From positions 1 to 18,762 of the IMG/VR virus record IMGVR_UViG_3300045988_018182: a DNA stretch of 18,762 nt; one strand, written 5' to 3'. The DNA comes from a virus. Positions 12,905 to 18,762 of this stretch are shown here, one piece after another. Both the position numbers and the translations under genes were made by a program. Each line of letters starts with the position of its first letter. The first letter of the stretch is position 1. The notes below the pieces were generated by a model. The model was not told where the DNA came from, did no database searches, and was given only the letters and a program-made list of their open reading frames with translations.

Positions 12905-14348
12905 TAACCATTGTGCCGTAGTCGTCCGCGACTTGCACGCCATGTCGAAACAGCTCGTAGGGGATGGGCTGTGTGAATTGGCTTCCAGCCATGCAGATAT
13001 CAACTTCGCCATCATCCTTCCACCCTTGATATCGGTTCATGCCTAAAATGGTGAGCTTTTCGTATCGGGCTGCGATTTTCCATTTGCCTAGTTCGGTGGG
13101 GTGGGTTTCGCATGATTCCACCGGTTCCCAGCCGCTCAAAATGCACCCGTCCGTGTTCGCGTACAAGAGCCGATCGGAGTTGGCATGGCAGACGTCCATA
13201 AGCTTTCGCCTTGCGTAGGCGTTGACCCATACGGGTACGGGGAGGAAATCGGTTTTCAGATTCGATTCCTCTCTCTGTGCTACATCCCAGTCCAAGGTCA
13301 TACCGTCTTTTGACGTGGGAAGCATGACGGCACCTTTGGGTAGACTCGCCATTTTGCCTACGAGCGCGTTCATGACCAGTTTCGCCATTTGCCGTTTCTC
13401 GCCCGTCGCCTTCTGCTTCAAGTCCCCCCATTCATCAACGAACGAGCGGAAAAACCCCTTGGAGCGCCGGAACTTCCACCCCCGCACATGCCTGTATACG
13501 CTCACCGTATAATTCTCATAAAGCAATTTTTGGTCAATGTCAGTCAATACTCTTGTAACATACCCCCTAGTGCTGGTGAGTCGATTGAGTCCATACACGC
13601 TACGATTGTCGAGCAGAAAAGGGTATCCGTTTGGCTTCAATTCCGCTCGAAACGTAAGTTCGTCGCAATGCAACGGCATATCATCATCCTGTTCATACGC
13701 ACCGTCGTAAGGTTCAGGCAATCCCCATGGAAGCCATTCGTTTCGCAATATGCTCGGATACATCGAGTTGCAGTCAACGTCAACGGCCTTGCCGTACGTC
13801 CCCTCTCTTGCAACCATGAAACCGCCGATATAGGCATCATGCAATGACTTTTTGGTTTCGGGCTTCAGTTGGGGGAATTTGTCGTAATACCACTTCCACT
13901 CGCCGGACGCAAACGCTTCCATGCTCGCCCCACCGGCAGTGATCTTGCACAAGCCGCGCTGATCGTACTCGCTTAAAATGTTGAGCAGTTGAGCATCAGT
14001 CATGGTAAGCTTGCAATTTTCCCGCAAAAGATTCGAAATATCAAAAAACCGTGCGGAATTCTCACGGTCGATGCGGACGGTAAGACTAAAAAACTTGCCT
14101 TTTTGGGATACTATCGCATCCCAGCTCAGGTTAGCGTTATGTTCATTGTGGGGTAGGGAGTGTACGACATGCGCTATAAACGGGTCGAGTAGATCGGTAT
14201 TGGTCACGTAGACGGTGAGTTTGCCGCCCTTCATGATGGACGCCAAAAGGCGGTTAGGTTGGATAACATCACGTAGCACGGTGCCGTCCGTGCATCGTAT
14301 GACATTATCCACACACCATAAGCCCACTCTATTGTCATGCACTATCAT
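12897..14348 (-). CDS. Protein-primed family-B DNA polymerase (phi29 gp2-like, 483 aa), divergent active-site motifs
   Basis: Collinear with phi29 DNAP from memory: ITAGGASMEAF / MTAGSDSLKGF; AYIGGF (YxGG); DVDCNSMYPS (motif A); PLHCDELTFRAELKPNGYP (TPR1 region); KLVMNALVGKMAS (motif B); LLYANTDGC (motif C); LGKWKIAARY (KxY). Confidence 0.92.
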   Translation of the reverse strand: MIVHDNRVGLWCVDNVIRCTDGTVLRDVIQPNRLLASIMKGGKLTVYVTNTDLLDPFIAHVVHSLPHNEHNANLSWDAIVSQKGKFFSLTVRIDRENSARFFDISNLLRENCKLTMTDAQLLNILSEYDQRGLCKITAGGASMEAFASGEWKWYYDKFPQLKPETKKSLHDAYIGGFMVAREGTYGKAVDVDCNSMYPSILRNEWLPWGLPEPYDGAYEQDDDMPLHCDELTFRAELKPNGYPFLLDNRSVYGLNRLTSTRGYVTRVLTDIDQKLLYENYTVSVYRHVRGWKFRRSKGFFRSFVDEWGDLKQKATGEKRQMAKLVMNALVGKMASLPKGAVMLPTSKDGMTLDWDVAQREESNLKTDFLPVPVWVNAYARRKLMDVCHANSDRLLYANTDGCILSGWEPVESCETHPTELGKWKIAARYEKLTILGMNRYQGWKDDGEVDICMAGSQFTQPIPYELFRHGVQVADDYGTMVML

Positions 14349-14375
14349 AGTATAACTTCCCTTGATTGCCGTCCG

Positions 14376-15341
14376 CTACTTTTCCAGCGCGCCCACTTCC
14401 GCCATCCACCGGTCGAACTGCCGCCGTGAGCGTTGATAACCCTCACTGTTGTCCCTAAAAACCGACGTGAAGCCGTGTCGAACGGGGTCATACACCGTCC
14501 AATCAAACACGATTCGTGGGGCGTCGGTCTGTTCGATAAAAGCGCGTTTCTGCGCTGCGGATAGTTGACGGAATCGTTTCAGCCGTTTCGAGCCGAGTGA
14601 GGTGGCCAAGATTTTTTCAAAAACCTCATAACGGCCACGTGACATGTAAGATGGCCATTCGTGCTCACCGTACAAGTCTTTGCTCTGTTTGCCTGTTCCC
14701 TGTTTGTTAGACTTGCGTTTCTGTTCGGTGCGCAATCCCAAGATTTCGGCTGCGTCATGCATTTGCTCAAGCAGCTCGTTACGATGTCCGCTTTCCAATT
14801 GGGAGCGCACGAACGCTTCGTCGCTCAGCACGTTGGTCATTTGCAGAAAGTCAGTGAGTTTTGATGGGATGATCTGAGTGCGTCCGAAACCCTCACCGGT
14901 AGTGCCGGTGATTTCGGCCAAACGCTGCTCGTACACGCTACGTTGCGGCATAGCCTGTTCTTTGTTCCAGTCGTTGATCTTCTGCCGTGCCGCATTGATC
15001 TTCCGCTGCTGCTGTCTTAGCAGTTTGCGTCTTTTCGCCACCGGTTCCGCAGCGATTTGCGCGTCCGAGAGTAGCGTGCGCTGGGCAAACATGATGTCTT
15101 TTTTCGTCGGCTTTTCCACGGCGGTGGCATGGTATGGGGTTGCTTTCGCTTCCGCTATGGCCTGTTTCCGCTGCTTCTCCCACTCCTGACCTAAGGTTTT
15201 CGCAATATTGACCAATTGTTTGTCAGCGGTTTTTGCAAGATTCGAGTGAGAGTACGAGCCGAGCTGTTTGATATTACGTGCTGCGCGTGCTTGCGCGGCT
15301 TGATGTGCCTTGACGTGATTCCGGTTACGACTGCGAGACAT
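14376..15341 (-). CDS. Putative terminal protein (phi29 gp3 position, 321 aa)
   Basis: It lies immediately upstream of the polymerase gene, as in phi29 and Cp-1. It is basic, K/R/Q-rich and helical-looking. I moved the start to ATG 15341 (SD AAGAGG, 8-nt spacer) from the track's GTG 15350. No sequence motif confirms the call. Confidence 0.6.
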   Translation of the reverse strand: MSRSRNRNHVKAHQAAQARAARNIKQLGSYSHSNLAKTADKQLVNIAKTLGQEWEKQRKQAIAEAKATPYHATAVEKPTKKDIMFAQRTLLSDAQIAAEPVAKRRKLLRQQQRKINAARQKINDWNKEQAMPQRSVYEQRLAEITGTTGEGFGRTQIIPSKLTDFLQMTNVLSDEAFVRSQLESGHRNELLEQMHDAAEILGLRTEQKRKSNKQGTGKQSKDLYGEHEWPSYMSRGRYEVFEKILATSLGSKRLKRFRQLSAAQKRAFIEQTDAPRIVFDWTVYDPVRHGFTSVFRDNSEGYQRSRRQFDRWMAEVGALEK

Positions 15342-15363
15342 AGTGCGCACCTCTTAAGATGGC

Positions 15364-15389
15364 GAGAGCACCCAAGATTGGGTGCTCTC
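15364..15389 (-). promoter_or_regulatory. 11-bp stem-loop between SSB-like and TP genes (weak terminator, processing or stability element)
   Basis: GAGAGCACCCA agat TGGGTGCTCTC. On the minus strand it is preceded by TATAAT (15416-15411) and followed by GCCAUCUU (a poor U tract) and then the TP SD. Confidence 0.35.
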
Positions 15390-15421
15390 AATAATGAATG
15401 CTACTTAATGATTATAGCGTG

Positions 15422-15859
15422 TCACTTACTCGCTTCGTCCACCGGCTCGATGCTGAAGAACTTGAAGCCGCGGCGGGAACGACGTTCCACTACCTTGATG
15501 GCAAGCGGGGCTTCCCAAGTGTTCGGGGTTCCGAAGATTCCGAACATGGTGTTCAGTCCGGCAGCGAGAGTTGGGGAGGTGGCCGCATACGCCTTGTTAT
15601 CATCGGTTACGATGATGACGCGCACGGTGTTGGAGATTTCTCCCGTCTGATCATCCGTCACTTGTACGGACTGTGCAACGGCGTTCACCATGTTCAGGGT
15701 CTCGTTCAAATGTTCGTCAAGCTTTTCGGCGTTCTGAAGCGCAGAGTAGAGCTTGATCTTGCCTTCACGAGTGGAAGTGTCGATGAAGTGTTGGACGGTG
15801 CCAAGCTCGCCATTTTCGGTGTTGAATGCGGCTAGAGCTTTATTGTTGGTGTTTTCCAT
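15422..15859 (-). CDS. ssDNA-binding protein, phi29 p5-like (145 aa)
   Basis: MENTNNKALAAFNTE...EGKIKLYSA...IKVVERRSRRGFKFFSIEP parallels phi29 p5 as I recall it (MENTNIVKATFDTE...EGQIKIFNA...VKVVQGTSSKGNVFFSLQ). It is syntenic, upstream of TP and polymerase. SD AAGGGAAG (15875-15868). Confidence 0.6.
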   Translation of the reverse strand: MENTNNKALAAFNTENGELGTVQHFIDTSTREGKIKLYSALQNAEKLDEHLNETLNMVNAVAQSVQVTDDQTGEISNTVRVIIVTDDNKAYAATSPTLAAGLNTMFGIFGTPNTWEAPLAIKVVERRSRRGFKFFSIEPVDEASK

Positions 15860-15898
15860 AATATTATCTTCCCTTATATTGTTGTTGTTATTTTGTTC

Positions 15899-15928
15899 TT
15901 AGGCTTATGCCTAAAATCTTTTATATCA
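15899..15928 (-). promoter_or_regulatory. Putative extended -10 promoter TGaTATAAA plus 16-bp palindrome at about +1
   Basis: The minus strand reads TGaTATAAA (15928-15920), then TTAGGCATAAGCCTAA (15914-15899) starting about 6 nt downstream. It lies in the 85-nt gap before the SSB-like gene. Confidence 0.4.
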
Positions 15929-15944
15929 CATACCGTCATTATTT

Positions 15945-16241
15945 TCAATTTTCGGCGTGTCGTTTTGTATGTTCTTCGGGGTCCCATTCTTGCGGCTCCC
16001 CGAAAGTCGCATACTTGTAAAAAGTTTCCTCATTCATGGAGACTTTTTGCGAAAAAATGTGAATAGAGCGTGGAATGAAATTAGGAAACAGTTTCTTGGC
16101 ACGAATCGAATATGCACGCGCGTCCTTAAGTCGCCCGTCAATGACATGCTCGGCTTCCATAAAATCGCCATCAACAAGTTCCATGCCCTTGAGCACGGCA
16201 TACACGCGCGTACGAAAAATGTCGGTTTTGATTCTAGCCAT
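15945..16241 (-). CDS. Putative dsDNA-binding, p6-like early protein (98 aa)
   Basis: It occupies the phi29 gene 6 position (upstream of p5) and is of similar size. There is loose similarity to my recollection of p6 (MA+...I.+T.V....VDG..., acidic C-terminal tail PQEWDPEEH). This is weak evidence. Confidence 0.35.
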   Translation of the reverse strand: MARIKTDIFRTRVYAVLKGMELVDGDFMEAEHVIDGRLKDARAYSIRAKKLFPNFIPRSIHIFSQKVSMNEETFYKYATFGEPQEWDPEEHTKRHAEN

Positions 16242-16246
16242 ACGCG

Positions 16247-16765
16247 TTACCTCCCCTGTAGTAAGATTTTCTGCAATTCAGTATCATTATATCGTGTCGT
16301 GTCCAGTCTGTCAAAATTTTTAAACACGGCAATAATAAGATTCTGAGCTTCCGGGCTGTTGAAAATCGTGCAACAATCATACGACGTACCGCCCTTGACG
16401 GCGCAGACGGCGCACCATGCGATCAGATTCGGCGGGTTCACAGTGCCGTCCAAGTATTCCACGTCATACGTGCGGGACAGGGCGGCGGCGAGTCCATCCC
16501 ATGCGGTCAGGCTGCCGCAAATCTGCGATACGACAATTATTGCTTGCGGAAACCATGTGCTAGCCCCTTCGCGCCACAGTTCGCATAGCATGGTAACCGC
16601 ACGGCAGCATGTTTCAAAATCGCCATACCCCATGTCATACCGTTTCAGATTCAGGTCACGTTTCCGGCCTTTCACAGCCTTGACAATACGGGGTGATTCC
16701 ATGATCGCATCATCAAACCGGCGCATGCGATAGATTGGCGTCCGGTTATTGCCACGATTAAACAT
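16247..16765 (-). CDS. Hypothetical Cys-rich early protein (172 aa)
   Basis: I chose the start at ATG 16765 (MFNRGNN...), which overlaps the upstream stop by 8 nt (ATGTTTAA). The track's longer version (to 16897) would overlap the upstream ORF by about 140 nt. No family recognised. Confidence 0.55.
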   Translation of the reverse strand: MFNRGNNRTPIYRMRRFDDAIMESPRIVKAVKGRKRDLNLKRYDMGYGDFETCCRAVTMLCELWREGASTWFPQAIIVVSQICGSLTAWDGLAAALSRTYDVEYLDGTVNPPNLIAWCAVCAVKGGTSYDCCTIFNSPEAQNLIIAVFKNFDRLDTTRYNDTELQKILLQGR

Positions 16766-16934
16766 AATAGCGCTTCTCCACTCGGAAATATGCAATATCA
16801 CGTACGCGTGCGGGTATTGCCGCCCACTCGCGTACAAGATCGGCGGCCTTATCATACGAGGTGGCATACCCCACTTCGATAGGGGGCTTGTCGCCATGCC
16901 TCACATATGCGAGTGCAACAAAAGTCTCATACAT
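16758..16934 (-). CDS. Hypothetical early protein (58 aa)
   Basis: ATG 16934 follows GGAG with an 8-nt spacer and lies 2 nt after the upstream TGA. The track start at 16940 is a TTG. Confidence 0.5.
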   Translation of the reverse strand: MYETFVALAYVRHGDKPPIEVGYATSYDKAADLVREWAAIPARVRDIAYFRVEKRYYV

Positions 16935-16936
16935 AA

Positions 16937-17140
16937 TCAAAACTCCACTCCTTCATCACCGGACTCGGCACCGAATCTCCACATGTCAACCCACAAGTCC
17001 GTACTCGGACACCGTTTCGGCGGGGCGAAAGCATCACCCTTGCGCTTCACTCCCATCCAAAACGCTCTCAACCGCCAATACGTGTCAGCATAATAGCAAT
17101 TTTTGCAAGTCCATGAATGCAACCAGCCACGAAAATACAT
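16937..17140 (-). CDS. Hypothetical W/C-rich early protein (67 aa)
   Basis: ATG 17140 lies 2 nt after the upstream TGA (same TGAnnATGTAT junction as the next gene). The track start at 17146 is a TTG. Confidence 0.5.
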   Translation of the reverse strand: MYFRGWLHSWTCKNCYYADTYWRLRAFWMGVKRKGDAFAPPKRCPSTDLWVDMWRFGAESGDEGVEF

Positions 17141-17142
17141 GA

Positions 17143-17388
17143 TCAATTCCTATCCAGTAATGGCGTGCGGGCAATGTCGATAGCGTCCAACATAAGATCA
17201 ACCACCTGACTACCATCTCCCGCATCATACGCACACAGAGCAGTGGCATTGCAAAACCCGGCTAAAGTGCGGAATCGGACGGCATACCTCAACTCGTATC
17301 GTTGGCCATGCGGACAATACCACAACTCAACATTACCCCCCACAAACTGTGAGGAAAACACGGCAACTTTCATATCATGTTCAGCCAT
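17143..17388 (-). CDS. Hypothetical early protein (81 aa)
   Basis: It is tightly packed in the operon; ATG 17388 lies 1 nt after the TGA of the small membrane ORF. No family recognised. Confidence 0.55.
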   Translation of the reverse strand: MAEHDMKVAVFSSQFVGGNVELWYCPHGQRYELRYAVRFRTLAGFCNATALCAYDAGDGSQVVDLMLDAIDIARTPLLDRN

Positions 17389-17389
17389 T

Positions 17390-17560
17390 TCAAAACCCTT
17401 TCACGACAAGAACCAAAACCATAGCCACGCTTACTACAAGTATGACCAAAAAACAAAACGTGTCACGCCAATCACGCGGCAATTCGCAAAACACCGTAGC
17501 AGCCATTATAAGAAACAGTACGGAAAGAATACAGACGGAAACAATCATGCCAACCATCAT
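17390..17560 (-). CDS. Unlisted 56-aa two-TM membrane protein
   Basis: My own translation: MMVGMIVSVCILSVLFLIMAATVFCELPRDWRDTFCFLVILVVSVAMVLVLVVKGF. Its ATG overlaps the upstream stop (ATGA at 17560-17557). It exactly fills an otherwise unexplained 168-nt gap. Confidence 0.6.
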   Translation of the reverse strand: MMVGMIVSVCILSVLFLIMAATVFCELPRDWRDTFCFLVILVVSVAMVLVLVVKGF

Positions 17561-17787
17561 ACCAGCACCACCTTCACCATGCCAACCATAGTGCCATCCA
17601 TGTCAAACGTGGCATTATCGATATCCACGCCCACATTCATACCCGCATAGGCGCTGCGGATATGAGATAGAACGCCGTCCAACGACGCTTTCAACGACGT
17701 TGCGCGGAACATGCCACTAGGCTTCACGCAGTCAGGCAGAATCTCAAACACCTGAAACCCATCATTAGTGATGATGAAATACCACAT
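17557..17787 (-). CDS. Hypothetical early protein (76 aa)
   Basis: Start set at ATG 17787 (MWYFIITNDG...), after AGGAG and 1 nt after the upstream TGA. Confidence 0.55.
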   Translation of the reverse strand: MWYFIITNDGFQVFEILPDCVKPSGMFRATSLKASLDGVLSHIRSAYAGMNVGVDIDNATFDMDGTMVGMVKVVLV

Positions 17788-17788
17788 G

Positions 17789-18028
17789 TCAAATCTCCTT
17801 TTTTTCGACGCGCGTAGCAAGAAGAAATGTAACAGGGGGAGTATCCTTCACAGTCTTAATATGAGAAAGTGCGACACCATACTTACCGCATAGCTCCCTA
17901 CGAATGTAAGACTTAGCTCCCCTAAGAGTTCTATTCTTCCCAATATCCAGCATATAGAAATCATCGATATCAGTGAAGTAAACAACAGCAGTTCTAGCCC
18001 ACCAACTGATAGTAATCACAGTATTCAT
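17789..18028 (-). CDS. Hypothetical early protein, paralogue 2 (79 aa)
   Basis: Start set at ATG 18028 (MNTVITISWWARTAVVYFTDID...). It is clearly homologous to the 76-aa upstream neighbour, and both are preceded by TGATTGGAG. Confidence 0.6.
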   Translation of the reverse strand: MNTVITISWWARTAVVYFTDIDDFYMLDIGKNRTLRGAKSYIRRELCGKYGVALSHIKTVKDTPPVTFLLATRVEKKEI

Positions 18029-18041
18029 TGTTACTCTCCAA

Positions 18042-18272
18042 TCAGCTCTCAACACGATTAGCGCGGTAACAGTCAATATCATTAGTAGACCACTCAAACC
18101 TCATGCGAGAAATCGTGACGCCATACTGTTTGAACATTATGCGACGAACACGAGCTTTCGCACTGCTCAAGGTAGTGACTTCACCAAGGCCGAACTTATA
18201 AACACCCTCAATATCAGTAAAAGAAACCACGGCCAAATTACGCGCCCAATCAATGGCGATAATAGTGTTCAT
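18042..18272 (-). CDS. Hypothetical early protein, paralogue 1 (76 aa)
   Basis: MNTIIAIDWARNLAVVSFTDIEG... It has SD TTGGAGG and is homologous to 17789..18028. Confidence 0.6.
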   Translation of the reverse strand: MNTIIAIDWARNLAVVSFTDIEGVYKFGLGEVTTLSSAKARVRRIMFKQYGVTISRMRFEWSTNDIDCYRANRVES

Positions 18273-18286
18273 TTGTCTACCTCCAA

Positions 18287-18529
18287 TCAGTAGGTCAAGG
18301 CTTCAGCTACCGCTTCTGCGATAGTGTCTCCAGTTCCCAAGACAACAACAGGATGACAATGTCTAGCATAAACGGCATAATACACTTCAACCGCATCCAC
18401 CTCACGCCCATCTTCGGTAGTACGATAGTATGGAATCTCAACCCTTGTGACGTAGGCACGTGCCATCAATTCCCGCACCTCATCGACACTAACGCCCGCT
18501 TCTTTTGCGATCCGCTTATAGCTTTCCAT
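18287..18529 (-). CDS. Hypothetical right-terminal early protein (80 aa), possible small HTH
   Basis: Its ATG (18529-18527) and SD are the last nucleotides of the right ITR. The N-terminus YKRIAKEAGVSVDEVRELMARA looks helix-turn-helix-like, which is weak evidence. Confidence 0.55.
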   Translation of the reverse strand: MESYKRIAKEAGVSVDEVRELMARAYVTRVEIPYYRTTEDGREVDAVEVYYAVYARHCHPVVVLGTGDTIAEAVAEALTY

Positions 18530-18561
18530 TTTATTTTCCTTCCCTTGAAGTTGATAACTAC

Positions 18562-18570
18562 ACTATAACA
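18562..18570 (-). promoter_or_regulatory. Putative inward extended -10 promoter in right ITR (copy)
   Basis: Mirror copy of 193-201. It would drive the early operon that starts at ATG 18529. Confidence 0.4.
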
Positions 18571-18624
18571 CAAACAAAAACACGACACGCCCGAAAACAA
18601 ACAACACGCCCAAAATAAAAAAAC

Positions 18625-18653
18625 TTGACAGGCTGGGCTAAAAAAAATACAAT
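18625..18653 (+). promoter_or_regulatory. Outward-facing sigma70-type promoter in right ITR (copy)
   Basis: TTGACA 18625-18630, 17-nt spacer, TACAAT 18648-18653. It points toward the right terminus, about 100 nt away. Confidence 0.5.
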
Positions 18654-18762
18654 AGAGGCATAAACACAACAAACAGTCAACAAAGACACAGAACAAAAAA
18701 AAATAATACACATATAAAAAAAACCACAAGGGAAAATCTTCACACAAACCCATACCCCTCCC

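Larger units (their letters stand above)
18527..18762. repeat. Right inverted terminal repeat (ITR)
   Basis: Reverse complement of 1-237 with the single A-run indel. It ends ...CCCATACCCCTCCC, mirroring GGGAGGGGTATGGG at nt 1. Confidence 0.95.

Noticed and set aside
14349-14378. The terminal protein and polymerase are in the same frame, separated only by TAG plus 9 sense codons, which raises the idea of a readthrough fusion or recoded TAG.
   Set aside because: Sharing a frame has a 1-in-3 chance. A good SD (AAGGGAAG) and ATG serve the polymerase. TAG, TAA and TGA all appear as ordinary stops elsewhere, and there is no suppressor tRNA in the genome.
16766-16897. N-terminal extensions and non-ATG starts suggested by the track: 16897, TTG 16940 and 17146, GTG 8297 and 15350, TTG 10606, plus 1256, 17820 and 18097.
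   Set aside because: In each case an internal ATG with a proper SD lies 1-8 nt from the upstream stop codon. That removes long overlaps with the upstream gene. For 18097, the paralogue alignment supports the shorter form.
18654-18762. The outward ITR transcript considered as the pRNA, by analogy with the phi29 A1 transcript.
   Set aside because: The predicted RNA is almost purely A/C and cannot form the helices a pRNA needs. The structured candidate at 12722-12889 fits better.
1-18762. Search for tRNA, rRNA, CRISPR repeats, integrase/att sites, a toxin-antitoxin pair or a known defence or anti-defence operon.
   Set aside because: I found no cloverleaf-like sequence with a T-loop, no regularly spaced direct repeats, and no recombinase or nuclease motifs. 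The genome appears strictly lytic and has almost no accessory space beyond the small early ORFs.

Overview
The window appears to be a complete linear dsDNA genome (18,762 bp) of a small phi29-like, protein-primed podophage from a Gram-positive, mid-GC host. It is bounded by long inverted terminal repeats (ITRs): left 1-237, right 18527-18762. The copies are identical for 229 nt, then differ by a 1-nt A-run indel, then share 7 more nt ending in the ATG of each terminal gene. Every gene except one lies on the minus strand. Read right to left, the order is: about ten small early ORFs, a p6-like protein, a p5-like SSB, terminal protein, family-B protein-primed DNA polymerase, a 227-nt non-coding gap, scaffold, capsid with Ig-like C-terminus, tail knob, connector, lower collar, two small ORFs, beta-helix appendage, CHAP+lysozyme virion lysin, gp16-type packaging ATPase, holin, CHAP-SH3b endolysin. 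One acidic ORF (235-480) is on the plus strand at the left end. Protein calls rest on motif and sequence similarity to phi29 proteins recalled from memory, plus synteny; no searches were run. The most interesting signals are non-coding. (1) A promoter-to-terminator unit of about 165 nt sits right after the polymerase gene. It has a 5'/3' closing helix and a GGUUGG/CCAACC complementary pair, and is a candidate pRNA-like packaging RNA. (2) A promoter, hairpin and terminator unit of about 86 nt sits just upstream of the ATPase gene. Its 19-nt apical loop is exactly antisense (14 nt) to the Shine-Dalgarno (SD) region of the polymerase gene, and matches 10 and 8 nt of the SD regions of other early genes. 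(3) A consensus promoter in each ITR points outward at the genome terminus. (4) The polymerase has lost the ExoI and ExoIII signatures and carries NTD instead of DTD in motif C. No tRNA, rRNA, CRISPR array, integrase or transposase was seen.
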